Shown: positions 1-14,615 of the stretch, piece by piece
Layout of the letters: every line of letters starts with the position of its first letter
Position numbering within the stretch: the stretch's first letter is position 1
Source: the human T2T-CHM13v2.0 reference genome, Homo sapiens
Direction: 5' to 3' (one strand)
DNA: 64,000 nt
Assembly (NCBI RefSeq): GCF_009914755.1
Contig: NC_060928.1
Program-made: the position numbers and the translations under genes
The notes under the pieces: generated by a model
The model's input: the letters and a program-made list of their open reading frames with translations, nothing else
Database searches by the model: none
Told to the model about the DNA's origin: nothing

Positions 1-1301
1 TGCAACATACAGAACTACTAAGCATATTTCATATATATTGACACATCTCTAATTTCAATAAGATAGTATATAAACTTAGAAAACATTAAATTATAGCTTC
101 AGTTTGGTACAGTTTTAATACCATGTTTTAAGAGTCAACTACTAACTTTAATTTTTCAGCTTTTCTGTTTTGCCAAACATGTTAAATACTTAGAGAAAGT
201 AAATAAATATAATTGTATACTCTCTCAATTACTGAGACAGTGGTTAAGATAGGCCAAGTATCATGCTAAAGAGATAAAAGGATTAATCACTGACTTCAGG
301 AAGTACCTGCTGTAGTGCAAGAATCATTATTGAATTTTAATAATTATAAATCTAAAAATCATTTAACAATTATATATCATTAAAATTGGTATCTCTGTGA
401 CAAGAATCCCATACTTCAATGACTTTTTTCCTCTTGCTTGTTTGGACAACAACTACCTCCTTTTTTTAATCTCACTAAAGCTTTCAAAATTCAGTGCTCA
501 CATTGATTCCTTTGGACATGTTTTCTGACCTCATCGAAGACCTGGTGACCTATATATGTCCCTGAACACTATATTAACCTTTTCCACAAGATGTAGGATA
601 TTGGAGTAGTGTGTGCCTCTGCTAACACAATGCCAACAGAGAAAAGACATAGGAGAGATGTTTTTTCTGTGAAAACTATACCTACACAATACAAATGTTT
701 GGGTGTTTGTGTGTGTGCAGAAATTGTTTTCATTTACCACATACTATCAATGTCTTGATTAAAACAATCTATTGACTACAGTAGAAAGAGATCCATACCA
801 CGTTTCATGGCTCATTGAGCCGATATTATTTTTCCCTAGCTCCGTATAAAACCCTTTGTTGTTTTCTTCAGTCCTAACAATGTTTTTTTTTCCATCTCTT
901 TTCCCCCGGTTGTTTGAAAATTTCAAACCACGGCCCTCTTTGGAAATTTGTACAAATGTTTTCTCAAAGTGCACAATGCTCGCATATGTTCATGCCTGAT
1001 TGTTCATTATTCACATCACAGCTTAAAATATGTCATCTTAAGAGAAGACATTCAGAGCATTTGTTCTAAAATAGCCGTCAAACCTTTTTTAGTCTCTCTC
1101 TATGCCACTGCCCCACGTTTCCATTTTTGGTAACATCTGTTCTAGGTTTTAAAATTACCTTACTCAATTTAAAAAAAAAAAAATAGAGTCTATTTGCACC
1201 AGTTAGAATGTAAGTTTTGAGAAGGCCAAGTCCCCAGTGTTTTGTTATGAAGTAAATGTTCAAGGAATATGTGCTTGTGGGTGCATGTATGTGTATGTTT
1301 A

Positions 1302-1651
<350 letters not shown>

Positions 1652-2237
1652 TTGTGAGTGTTAGTTTGGCTTTTGAATAGTCAGACTCCCTGACTCCCTT
1701 CATTCACACTTCCTTCTTAAACAAAGAATGGGTGTTTTATCTCCCAGAACACCTCTAAGTCAATGCTACATCCCCTACTTGTGTTGAAAGAAAGTTTATT
1801 ATCACAGTGCTAAAGGGCTCACTCAGATCTCCTTTTACCCTGAAAATGTTAAGATAGCTGCTGTGCTACTCATAGAAAAAGTGATAGAGAAAACTGCCCA
1901 CTGCTTGGTTTATTGCCTTCCAAGTCAGTTATATTTTTCATTTTAAATCTGAAAGCTAATCAATACACTGGGATGTATTCCAGGTATATTTTTAAGACAG
2001 CAAGCTGCAAATGTGATATGACCTGAGGTTGGAAAAACATAGTATGTGTGTGGGTTGTGGGGATCAATGTATTTCAATGACATGATGGAGTAAAGGCAGA
2101 GAGATGAATTTTAAAGAGTGAGAATGAAGATTTTTCAGTGGGAGCATTCTAAGCTTTAGGTCATTTCTGTCTTTCCTCTCCCCAAACTATTAAAAGATCT
2201 TATCAAATGTTATTCATAATCACTATTTCTACAGTGT

Positions 2238-2551
<314 letters not shown>

Positions 2552-3059
2552 TACAGGATTTTTATTTTACTTATTTACCACAGTTGATTCTATGAGGGCT
2601 TGAGCTAATTCGCTGCAAGAGAATGATTTTGAACAAAGACACAGTAAATTACTACAAGGAAGGCGTCAATGTAGTTTCTGAAAACAAGTATATATTTTTT
2701 TCAGGAAAAAACTTATACAGTAGGATAATTGGATTAATTTTCTCCAGGACACTTAAGTGTTATTTTAGCTACCTTCTCAGACCTTTTCCAAATAGTGAAA
2801 TTTATTTTGAAAAACCTGCATTTCCTTTCTTGACAATCCCTAGATTTTTTGATAATTATTTTCTATCTGCTTCATTATATTCTGCCTTTCGTTCATTCCT
2901 TCTCCAACAAATGTTTATTATGAAACCACTAAAATAACAGGTACACACTATAGTGGTAAATTAAGCAAATCTCTAGCCTCACAGTGCTAATTTTCTATCA
3001 GGCATCATTTGCTAGCTTTTAAGAACACTCATTATATTTCAGAATCTTTTTGTAATGCT

Positions 3060-3230
3060 TTACCTGTGAAATGAACATTATTATTAATATTATTTCCCAT
3101 TTTAAGGTCAAGGAAACTAATCTTCAGAGCATATAGGTCACCGTTTCAAGATGACCAATCTAGTAAGTGTTAAACAGCAGATGTAAAAGTGGACAGTTTG
3201 TCCATGCTCACGTGTTTAGCTGCTCTACTA
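3060..3230 (-). mobile_element. MIR SINE fragment
   Basis: Degenerate MIR core: TTTCCCATTTTAAGGTCAAGGAAACTAATCTTCAGAG...CTAGTAAGTG. Confidence 0.6.
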
Positions 3231-5689
3231 TTTTGTTCTTTCAATGAACTCTTCCAATATTTATGTCTATGGACTTTTCCAGTTCTGGACACTTCCAATA
3301 CTTATTTCTGTGATATTCATTTGCTTTCTTGAGTTTTTGAATAAATTTAATATTTTTAATATTTTAATTACAAAAATAAATAACTTACCGGAAATTGGGA
3401 AATGGAGAAAATGCTCATATGAACACCGTGTTAAATTGGTATTCTCTAAATTGTCTCATACACTGAAGCAGAAAACAGTTATAATCACAGTACATGAAGA
3501 AGTCCATATTCTGTCTTTTTCGGTATATGTTTTATTATAGTCTTTTCATAATGTTAAATAGAGTTCATAATCATTATTTGTAGACTGCATTAAAACCCTT
3601 TGAGGTGATACATCATTATATATTTAACACCTCCATTGATGGATATTTTACTTTTTTGAAGGGAAAAAAATCCCATTATTTTATTACATAAAAAAGTACT
3701 TTGGAATTTCAATTCAAATTAACTGAATTAAACATATAAAAGTGTTTGACATCTTTATGATTGCTAGTATTCCATGTACTACAATCTGTCTTTAAAAATG
3801 TACTTCAGTAAGTGTCTTTTGTGTCCTACCATTTACTAGTCACTCTGATGGGCTTAAAGGATGTTGCCTTGGTGAGAACCATCTCTTAAATTCAAGAAGC
3901 TTCTAATCCAGTAGGAGGTACAGCAATCCAAACCAGTGTAAGAGATGAGAACACATAAGATGTAATATGATGGAGTACCCAATCTAGTAATATAGTGTTG
4001 ACAAAGATGGGTAAGACAGAAAGGACTTGTGAACATTTACACAGTGAACATTTACACAGAGGAAGGTAGAGAAGAAGCATTAAGGGATGAGTAGTCCAGA
4101 GAAAGAGAACTTTCTCTTTCTCATATATATACATGTATATGAAAATTAAGAAGAAAATTATAGAAATTTGTGAAGAAAATTTTTAAGAAGAAAAATATGA
4201 ACTTTTTAGAAAGTAGTTTAAAATGATTTTAAAATATATAAGATAAAAATATTCTGAACAATAATTTAAGGAAACTAGTCTTGAATATAATGCTAAGTTT
4301 GCCTTAATTATACTTGAAATGATTGCTCTTGAAAGGTAAATTTTAAAAATTGTGTGGACTGTTATAATAGAATTACAAAATTGTAAACTTTCTACATGAT
4401 AATATCAACTCATTCATTTCCTCCAGAGCTTCCTCTTTTGTAATTCCTATATATAAACACCCAAGAAAATTATAATTTTTCATTTATATCTTCATTCAGT
4501 TATCAAACATTAGATAAGAAAAACAATATTATTAACACCATTCAATAACAGCATTTTTGTTGGTTACCAAAATGTGGATTTTGACAACAAAATTTTGAAA
4601 ATTTAGGAGGGACTAGAAACTTCTGAATTAACTGCACATTATCGAAAAGTATATCAAATTGAAACTTTCATCAAAATTACCAGTCATAATTTAAACAAGT
4701 CATTTGTAACAAAACAGGGAATCATAACATTTCTAGCTTTTAGATTTGTTTCCAGTCAGAGTCAAATCTAAATAATTAATTTGATTACAAGTTCATTCTC
4801 AATAATCTGCTCATGATCTTTTTTAGGAAAGATAAAAAGAAAACTATATTCATTAAATGTGAGAGTAGAGAGTATATGGAAAGAAAAGCAATGACTGTTG
4901 AAAAGAAATATGCACCTCCAACAGAGATCTCTACAGCAAGTAAACTAAAACTGTGGCATGAGTAGGAGCTTATAATAAGATTATGACTTCAGTTCCTTCT
5001 TTGGCCAATACCTGAACAAACTTGATTGGATTGATAAAGTGACAAAGACAAAACTCATTTTAAATATATGATTTCATAGCACTGTACTAATGTTTGAAAG
5101 GCTGTCTGGTTTTTGATATATAAAATTCATCAGAATATTTACATAGTCAGATTTCATGAAAACTTCCTTTGTATACCTGAAATATAGGTTTATATGACAG
5201 TTAGTTTTTTACATATTCTTAGCAAATAAAAGCAATTTATTAAATACGGTTTTAACATTTTGATGTATAAAACAGCTGGAGGTGGTAACCTGTAATAAAT
5301 TAATTCATTATGAATTATGAAGTTGTTAATACAGCTCGACTTAAGAATCTGTGGTTCACAGAAATTACACGGAATTATTTATCGATGCCATTTCCCCTTT
5401 CTGCCTTCCCTAACTACATTTGATAAATGGGGCCAGCATATCTTTGTCATTACACAGGGAATAGAGTCTGTGCCAAAACATATGGCTCAGGGTTTACAGG
5501 TAAATTACATGAATATTTATGAATACACTGTCCAATATACAGAATTTCTAAAATTTTTGAATGATTGAGATTTAGTGTTCAACTTGGTAGAGTGAGGAAA
5601 TTTAGTATTTAAATTAAAAATAAAATAACTACAGTTTCTCAAGTAATTATTAATTAGTTGACTCTGTACTAACAGCTTTAACTCTCATA

Positions 5690-5809
5690 TTCAATTTCAT
5701 CATTCAAACCATTTTTCAAGTGAGGACACTGAGTAACCCATCCAGGCTCACATTGCTAGTGAGTTATGAAGCCAGATTTTAAAACCAAATATGGCTGAGT
5801 CAAGATCCC
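5690..5809 (-). mobile_element. MIR fragment
   Basis: CATTTTTCAAGTGAGGACACTGAG...GCTAGTGAG...GCCAGATTTTAAAACC matches the antisense MIR core. Confidence 0.65.
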
Positions 5810-5935
5810 AGTCTCACTTTTCTCAACTGCAAAATTGGAAAAATAAACCCCATGTCCTCCCTAACTTACAACACTGTTTTGAGGTTTAAATGAAAGAGTA
5901 AAAAAATTTTGTAAACTGTAAACATCTAAATCATT
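5810..5935 (+). mobile_element. MIR (MIRc/MIR3-like) fragment
   Basis: CTCAACTGCAAAATTGGAAAAATAA...TGTTTTGAGGTTTAAATGA...TTTGTAAACTGTAAA. Confidence 0.55.
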
Positions 5936-7191
5936 GTAAATCTATTTGTTAATGTGGATAATTACTTGTACTATCCCCTACAAAGGTGGTCCATAAAGAA
6001 GCACAAACAGAGCTAAGAAAAAAAAAAAAGAAAAGCTATGCAGATATGTTTTGCTGTGGTAAGCCACCAACACAGTACCCAAAGCTGTCACGGGAAAGCC
6101 CTTTACTCTGTTCCCATCTGTTCAAAATCTTATCTTAAAAGATTTGGCCTTAGGCACTTCCCAGGCAGAAAAGCTCCAAAATGACAGGGATAGAAAGCTT
6201 TTTAGACATTGTATGCTAATAAGAAGAATCAAGATTTCTGCACAAGTCTGATAAACCAATTGATGGTGTTATCTTAGCTCATGTCCTGGTTTAGAACAAG
6301 AAAGAATGTTGGTAGTGTGCTGCAGGAGAGCCAGGGCTTGTATTTGTTGAAATTAGCAGAGCTAATGTGCAGATCATCTCTGTTTTACTCATATCTTCAC
6401 ATCTTAATCCAATTGGCCCAAGTCATTTCAAACAAGTATACCTTCAAATCTTAGCATTCTTCCCCCGCCTTCTCTAATGCAAGACCATCCAAACTAGCAA
6501 TTAGGCCATGCTTCCATTTCAGTGACAGGTCAACTAAGATTCTTTTAGGTCCAACTTCAAGTCTGAAAGTCTTTTTTAATGTCATCTGTAATTGGGACTT
6601 GAGGCAGCCCAATACAAAGCAACTTTTTTTCCATCAAATTTGCAATCAATTGAGATACATTCAGAATTCAGTGAAAATGCAAATGGCATTTTATTTATGA
6701 AAAATAATAGGATCAAAGGTTGTTTTGTAAATATGTGATAACAGTGGGCTTCATGGTACAGCAGTGAGACAATATGTGCCTGGTCACAGGCAACCATACT
6801 CAGTTACTTTTTTACTACTCTATGGCCAAGAACTGTGTGCTCTCTACAGGCAGCTACAACGGAGAGAAAGGAAGGAAATGTGTTCAGCTACGCATGTCCA
6901 GGTCTTGATCTCAAGTTACCAATAAGATAATTTACACTCCTTAAGTTTGAAATAATTGAGAGGGCAGAGATGAACAACAGTGAGTGCTAATTGATGTCTC
7001 GTCATAAGGAAAACATGAAATAAGAAGAATAGAAACCCACACAAATACTAAACTAAGATTCAGTGCCCCTAAAGCTTCTGTTTTAACATAATCATGAAAT
7101 CAACCTCTAAATTAAGATTCTGGTAATTTCCTCAGATTGTGCCCAATCTCCTTCCCAAATTGAGAAGCAAGTAAAAGAATATTTTGAAAGT

Positions 7192-7200
7192 GAGAGAGAG

Positions 7201-7237
<37 letters not shown>
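7192..7237. repeat. (GA)n followed by (AC)17 microsatellite
   Basis: Seen directly in the sequence. Confidence 0.97.
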
Positions 7238-7238
<1 letters not shown>

Positions 7239-8067
7239 CCAGATGCTAAGAGCAAAGGAGTAGGGAAGACAGGGTTTTCAGTCCCAAGCTAATGGCTGGG
7301 CTGAAAACAGAAATGAATCATGGTGACTGCATGACCTGCTAGAGAGTATATGGGTGGCAACACCTGGAATATTTCATCAGTGAGGCCTCAGTCTTATGAA
7401 TGTTGCCCAGGAGTTTCATCTACAAACATTGAATGTATATTATTTTATGTTTTATTCCCTACCTTTTATATATGGTATTCTTAGGATGTATGTGTTGTGC
7501 TTATTTATGTGGCTTGGGAGAGAGGTTGTGATACCCAGGAGGCCAAGGAAGAGAAATATAGAGTCACTTGTGAAGTTCATCTTGCTATTTTTTTAACTCT
7601 ACATTAAAAAAAAGTGTTATCAAATTTTTTTGTGGTCAAAACAAAATAGCCATTGCTTTCATCACCTTTCATTATTTATTTATACTAAATATTATATATG
7701 ATTCAGGGTATCATCAAATAACATCTATTTCTGACACACATGGTTCGAAATTTGGGTTCTAGGGTTTGATTGATTTGGTATTTTGTTATTCAAATTATAA
7801 AAGTGTGGTAGGCACATTAAATAAAGATGCATATCACTAGACCCAGAAAACAAAATGACCAATTTCATTTGCCAAAATAAAATTTGCCAAAATAGAATTT
7901 GCATTTTTTATTATATGCAAACCAGAAGTAGCATCAATTTTTAAGCATTTCAACAAAATCTTCTTGTAGAAACACAAGCTAATGCCTTCCATAAAACCAT
8001 AGTATTAACTTGATTAATAATTTGTTAATTTTCCTTACATAACACTTATTTTCAAAAAGTTAATAAC

Positions 8068-9137
8068 TATCGGGGGAACCCGCCCCCGATAATTCAACGT
8101 TATTTTATGTAGGTTCTTTTCTATTTCCCTAAGTGTTGGCCGGTCTGAGAAATAAAGGGAAAGATTACAAAAGAGAGAAATTTTAAGGCTGGGTGTCTGG
8201 GGGAGACATCACATGTTGGCAGGTTCCGTGATGCCCCCCAAGCCACAAAACCAGCAAGTTTTTATTAGTGATTTTCAAAAGGGGAGGGAGTGTACGAATA
8301 TGGTGTGGGTCACGGAGATCACATGCTTCACAAGGTAATAAAATATTACAAGATAAATGGAGACAGGGCAAGATGACAGGACCTGGGTGAAATTAAAATT
8401 GCTAATGAAGTTTTGGGCACACATTGTCATTGATAACATCTTATCAGGAGACAGAGTTTGAGAGCAGACAACCGGTCTGACCAAAATTTATTAGGCAGGA
8501 ATTTCCTCATCCTAATAGGCCTGGGAGCGCTACAGGAGACCAGCGCTTATTTCATCCCTTATCTGCAACTGTAAAAGACAGATGTCCCCAGAGCGGCCAT
8601 TTTAGAGACCTCCCCCTGGGAATGCATTCTCTTTCTCAGGGATGTTCCTTGCTGAGAAAAAGAATTCAGCAATATTTCTCCTATTTGCTTTTGAAAGAAG
8701 AGAAATATGGCTCTGTTCTGCCTGGCTCTCAGGCAGCCAGACCTAATAGTTATCTCCCTTGTTCCTTGAACATCACTGTTATCCTGTTCTTTCTTCAAGG
8801 TGCCCAGATTTCATATTGTTCAAACAATTTGTGCAGTTAACGCAATCATCACAGGGTCCTAAGGTGACATTCATCCTCAGTTTATGAAGATGATGGGATT
8901 AAGAGATTACAGTAAAGACAGGCATAGGAAATCACAAGAGTATTGACTGGGGAAGTGATAAATGTCCATGAAATCTTCACAATTTATGTTCAGAGATTGC
9001 AGTAAAGACAGGCATAAGAAATTATAAAAGTATTAATTTGGGGAACTAATACATGTCCATGAAATCTTCACAATTTATGTTCTTCTGCCATGGCTTCAAA
9101 AGGTCCCTCCGTTCAGGGTCCCTGGCTTCCCACAACA
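8068..9137 (-). mobile_element. Solo LTR MER11 (HERV-K HML-8), probably MER11C
   Basis: Minus strand begins TGTTGTGGGAAGCCAGGGACCC and ends GGTTCCCCCGATA; 1070 bp; perfect 6-bp TSD AATAAC (8062-8067 and 9138-9143); internal ~90-bp tandem duplication. Confidence 0.92.
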
Positions 9138-9234
9138 AATAACCATATTCTATTGTGCTGGAGACAAAAGTTTTTAGAAAATAATTTTTGATAGAACCAA
9201 CCTAGTGATTTCAGGATTTCCTTATAGGTGAAAA

Positions 9235-9385
9235 TTAGATGGAAAGCATCTTGAAAAATGCAGATATTCTAGTTTCACATCCAGATATTATGATTCAGTT
9301 GCTCTGCAGTGGTGGCCAGAAATCTTCACATTTTTGGCCAGCACTACTTGTTTAAAGCTGGTTTTGTTTGAGGAACTCTGCTATA
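9235..9385. mobile_element. MER5-type hAT DNA transposon relic
   Basis: TTGAAAAATGCAGATATTCT...CCAGATATTATGATTCAGT...GGCCAGAAATCT resembles the MER5A/B core. Confidence 0.5.
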
Positions 9386-9439
9386 AAAATTGCTGATGAA
9401 ACTTCTCTACCTGAGATGAGATTTTATCAAACCTTTGCT

Positions 9440-9677
9440 CAGTTTGCTCCTTCTTGGAAACCAAGTCACGTTGGCAATGCTTACTCTACCAAGAGGACTT
9501 TTCTGATCAGTCATTGTCTCTCTCTATCACATCTCCCTGTTTAATTTCTTCATAGCTCTTGTCAATAACAGTATATTTGTTTCTCCTGTCATATTTAGTT
9601 TTGTATCCAATCCAAATGCCCCTAACAATACCTGGTATGTAATGTGAGATCAATAAATATTTATTTGCTAAATAACG
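9440..9677 (+). mobile_element. L2 LINE 3' end fragment
   Basis: Ends ...ATACCTGGTATGTAATGTGAGATCAATAAATATTTATTTGCTAAAT, the typical L2 terminus. Confidence 0.6.
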
Positions 9678-9954
9678 AAGTAAGGCACCAGAGGCTAATT
9701 AGAAACTCAAATCATTGGATGAGAAACAGATTTATTCTTCTTACTAAAAAAAAAAATATATATTCATTATGCAAACACCACACTAACATAAGTGAAAATC
9801 CAAAATGGAGACAGAAAGTTCTTCATTGACAAATCATCACCACTCAAAGACTTTCTTTTTTAATATTTTTGAACCTCTTCCAGTTTTAGTTATGATAATT
9901 AAATAGCATATATAATTTCATGCTTTTCTTTGCACACTTACCATTATTTAATTT

Positions 9955-10296
9955 GCAGCAGATGCTGTCAGTAATTCACCCAGAGCCTTCAGAATTTTTG
10001 GTATGGTCTAACCACCTTCTAACTAGCAGCATTTGCATCTACATGCCTGAGACGTAAATCCCAGGCATATAAACACCTTAGCTCCCTCGTTCCTCATGTA
10101 GGAACATTTTGCAATGTGTCTTACACCATTTCTGGATTTAATCCACTGTGACTGTTGATTTAGTAAAGAAGCTTAACTGGCTCTCTTTTTTTCTCAATAT
10201 CACTTTCCCACCACTACTTGTGTTTCTCTCAAAATCAAGTTTTTGCACTGGAGCCTTTTCTCAGTGTGGATTTCTGGAGAAATTCAAACAAAGACA
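9955..10296 (+). mobile_element. Ancient ERVL LTR (LTR16/LTR33-like)
   Basis: 3' end CTCAGTGTGGATTTCTGGAGAAATTCAAACAAAGACA resembles the LTR16/33 terminus; the 5' boundary is uncertain. Confidence 0.4.
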
Positions 10297-11159
10297 TGGT
10301 GTTTTTCATATTTTCACATTGTCTCATATTTTTGTTTACGTATTTGGCACATATTAGGTCTTCAAAAATATTTAATGAATGAGTGAATACAGTGTGTCAT
10401 TCTTGTCTTTCCTTCAAAATCTGTTATCAGTCTTTTTCTATCATCTCTTCCTTGTAAACTACAAGATATCTTTCAATTTCCAATTACAAATGCTAACTCC
10501 TTTTCAAGCCTTTCCACAACTATACCAGAACCTCTTATTCTTCTTGAAGATTTTCATGAAAATTTACAAATAATATTTAACAACTCTTAGCATTATGACT
10601 TGAGTGTCTACACTTTCATTACCATTTTTTTATCTGCACATTTTCCCATACTGGGACATACACTTAATAACTATTTGATAGCCTATAACATGCACTTAAA
10701 AAATTTGAAAAATTAGAATGAATGAATGAGGTCTATGAGACTTTCTCTGTGTTCCAGTTTCTTCCTGATTGCTACATTCATTTTAAGGTCTTGTCAGTGT
10801 TCCTCAGTTCAATTATTTACCCAAACCAGTTGCCTGTTTGCCTTATTCTTAACTCAACATTTTTACAGCAAGCATCTCTGGATAGATAGTTTAGAGGAAA
10901 CATCTGACATATGAAGCATTTATACATTCTTTTTTCACTTCCATGTACCATACTTCGTTTGATATTTTGCCCCTGTGGAGTATCCTTGGTGCCCACTTCT
11001 TACCTCCTATTGTGACCATCCTCCCTATTAGGGCCTCACATTTCAATTTATGCATGTGATTTGCTATACTCCTTATTTATCAGATCAATATATAATCCTC
11101 CATAGCTGCAGTTGGTGAATGGCTATGTTGCTGAATACTAACTAATAACAACTTAAAAC

Positions 11160-12720
11160 TCACCTTATAGGCAACAGATCACTGGGTCTCATATTTTCAT
11201 CCATTCAGCCACTCTATGTCTTTCAATTAGAGAGGTTAGCCCTTTACATTCAATGTTATTACTGATAAGTAAGGGCTTACTTCTGCCACTTTGTTATTTG
11301 TTTCCTGTTTGTTTTGTGGTCTTGTCTTTTTTTTTTTTTCTTCCTGTCTTCCTTTAGTGAAAGTAATTTTCTCTGGTGATATGATTTAATTTCTTGCTTT
11401 TATTTTTTGTGCTATTGATTGTATGTTTTTTGGTTTGAGGTTACCACGAAGCTTACAAATACTATCTTATAACCCATTATTTTAACCTGATAGCAACTGA
11501 ACACTGTTTGCATAAACAACAAAAAATAAAACTAATAAAAACTCTATGCTATAACTTTCTCCCTCACTTTTCAACTTTCTGTTGTTTATATCTTGCGTGC
11601 TAAGTTGCTGTAGTTATTATTTTGGGTTGTTTTATCATTTAGTCTTTCTACTCAACCTAAGAGTAGTTTACATACTATAGTCACAGTGTTATAACATTCT
11701 GTGTTTTTCTGTGTACTTACTATTACCAGTGAGTTTTGTACCTTCAGATGATTTCTTATTGCTCATTAATGTCATTTTCTTTCTGATTGAAGTACTCCCT
11801 TTAGCATTTCTTATAGGAGAGGTCTGGTGTTGAAAAAATCCCTCAGCATATTTGTTTGCCTGGGAAAATCTTTATTTTTCCTTCCTGTTTGAAGGATATT
11901 TTCACCAGATATACTATTCTAGGGTAATTTTTTTTCTTTAGCACTTTAAATATATCATGCTATTCTCTATTGAACTATAAGGTTTCCACTAAAAAGTCTG
12001 TTGCCAGGTGTGTTAGAGCTCCATTGTATGTTATTTGTTTCTTTTCTCTTGCTGCTTTAGGATCCTTTATTTATCCTTGAACTTTCAGAATTTGATTATT
12101 AAATGTCTCAAGGTAGTCTTTTTTGGGTTAAATCTGCTAGATGTTCTAGAACTTTCTTGCACTTGAATATTGGTGTCTTTCTCTAGCTTTGGGAAGTTCC
12201 TTGTTACTATCCCTTTGAATAAACTTTCTACCCCTATTTCTTTCTCTACTTTCTCTTTAACAGCAATAACTCTTAGATGTGCCCTGTTGAGGCTATTTTG
12301 AATTTGCTGTCTGAAAAGTCACATGTCTCTGTTTCTCTAGTATTGGTCCCTACAGCCTTATTTAGTTCACTTAGTGAGGTCATGTTTCCTGGATGGTATT
12401 GATACTAGTGGATGTTCTTCAGTGTCTCAGCATTGAAGAGTTAAGTACTTATTGTAATCTTTACTGTCTGGGCTTGTTCGTATCTTTCCTTCTTGGGAAG
12501 GCTTTTCAGATATTTGAAAGGACTTAGGTGTTGTGATATAAGCTGTATCTGCCTTAGGGAATTCCCCAAGCTCAGTTATGCTATGGTTCTTACAGACTTG
12601 TGGGGGATCACCTTGATTGTCTTGGATAAAATTCTGGCAAATTCTCTGGATTACTAGGCAGAGTTTCTTTTTCTCTTCCCTTACTTCCTCCCAAACAAAC
12701 AGAGTCTCTCTCTCTCTCTC
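11160..12720 (-). mobile_element. Old L1 (L1M/L1MA-type) internal fragment: ORF2 start, inter-ORF and ORF1
   Basis: ATCCATTCAGCCACTCTATGTCTT...TTTACATTCAATGTTATT; TCCCTTTAGCATTTCTT; AAATCCCTCAGC; T-rich antisense L1 signature. Confidence 0.85.
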
Positions 12721-13076
12721 AAAACTCACTGTATACAAGCTAATATGTGAGTTATAATAAAATTCTTTAGTGAAGTAACAGATGATTATTGGCATCATTG
12801 TCATTGTTTGGTAACTTCATCTAATCATAGAAAAAGCAATATTGAAAAGTTCTTTAAATCACATAATAAAAGTAGATGCTGGATGTATTTCGAGATCTTT
12901 CTCTCTCCTTTTTAAATATATCTCTGATTACCAACTCGTATAACCATATTTTCCAAAATTTTCAAGCCCCTTCTGAATTCTTTTCTGAAGTGCCATGAAA
13001 TGACACTTTGTGTACCTTGCAACTATAATATGTCTCAATAATGTAGGTAATAGTTTACCTTTGGGCATACCTCAAA

Positions 13077-13107
<31 letters not shown>

Positions 13108-13126
13108 CATATATATATATATATAT
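13077..13126. repeat. Compound (GT)14-(AT)9 microsatellite
   Basis: Seen directly in the sequence. Confidence 0.97.
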
Positions 13127-14384
13127 CAGTACGTGTACATACTATAAGGTGACTTTTTATTGCTTTACACTTTCTGAAAAATGAATATTCCCCATGGAAT
13201 GACTTTGCTGTGCCTTGGAAAGCAGCTTGCCTTCAGGCACATTCTCAGTGCACTTACAGGCATGCTACATTAAAAGGAAGAACTTTATATACCAGGCCTT
13301 TGTATACTTTCTTGGATGAAGGGTTTGATTTATATCAGAAAATCATTTGATTTATATCAGATGATACTCCACAGCAAGCAGAGAAGAGCTATTGCATGGT
13401 TCCAAATAGACTTTGGACAACAACATGGAAACTTAGGGCAAGTCGGCCTGCAGTGTCATTATTCTCTAGTCTCTTCATCCTGTGGTGCTTCCATTTTTTA
13501 TATATCAGGGATTCATTGTCCATTTACAGCCATCTAATTTCCCAGGAGACTGCCTTACTGAGTTTGATTTGACTGTTCTTCCCTTTCTACATCAAACTTC
13601 ACCCTTCGTTTTTTTTTTGCCTTTCAACACCTGCTTACCAATTGTGATGTCTTCCATGGAATGATGACATAGTTGAAGTCTGACAAAAAATGCTTATGAA
13701 GAGTTTTCAATAACTCAGGTAAGAAGGGGCAACTAATGAGAGGATTTCAGGTAGTCATTGGCAAGGTCAGTGAGGGACAGAGACCTCAAATCTTTTCTAT
13801 ATTTTGGCCTATTCAAATTTAACTATACACAGCCTCCCTGTGATGTCTCTTTTTCTCTCTTTAGTGTTACAATTTAATAGAAGAAAATAAAAATTTACAT
13901 GTGCACTCATCATTATATACTTTGTATTTATCCACATATATCTGTCTATATATTGCTGGTAGAATTGAATGCATAAAGATATATACACTGTATTTTATGG
14001 CTCATGTAAAGTACTGTAAGATTTATTTTGACTCCACTCAATTATTACATTACATAGTGACTTCAGGACTCAATCTTATTTAAGATGTGACCCCTTAGGC
14101 AAGAGATTTCTGCAGCAGTCATAGAATAATATGTATTATAAATGTTTTATTTTACAAAATGTAGGTCCCCTTTGAAGAATATTACTATATCTAAGATTTA
14201 ACAAGTAAATTAGACAGAAGGTGAAAATATAAAAGATCTTGGAACTGAACACTGTGGTTCATGGTTACTGAAGAGGTGGGAAGATAAAAGCCAAGTATAA
14301 AGTAGACTAAGAAGGATCAGTAGAGAGGTGTATTTGGGGACCAAGAGAAGACTGAGATCCACGGAAAGGAAGTATCAACGCAAT

Positions 14385-14615
14385 ATAAAAGCCAGGCTGC
14401 CTTGGTTCTAATACTATGTTTGTCACTTATAAGTAGCATGATCTTGGACTGGTAACTTAACTATTCAATGCCTGTTTCTTTGATTATAAAACTGGGTAAA
14501 AAATAGTATCAATCTCATAGAATTATTATGAAGGCTTAACATGCTAAAATTCATGAAAATATTAGGATCACCTCTGGCACTTTATGTTGTATTTTTATAT
14601 TATCATTATTGTCAT
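14385..14615 (+). mobile_element. MIR SINE
   Basis: GCCAGGCTGCCTTGGTTCTAAT...TGATCTTGGAC...TATAAAACTGGGTAAAAAATAGTATCAATCTCATAGAATTATTATGAAG. Confidence 0.7.

Noticed and set aside
579-681. Possible 103-nt minus-strand exon (TAG|GTATAG...AAAAG|GTTAAT)
   Set aside because: Weak polypyrimidine tract and donor, no recognisable peptide and no partner exons
8911-9082. Direct repeats that might suggest a CRISPR-like or novel array (also 57297-57403)
   Set aside because: Internal tandem repeats of LTR U3 regions, with no unique spacers, in a eukaryotic context
13670-13725. Strong donor-like CAG|GTAAGA at ~13718
   Set aside because: No convincing acceptor or reading frame upstream; such motifs occur by chance in 64 kb
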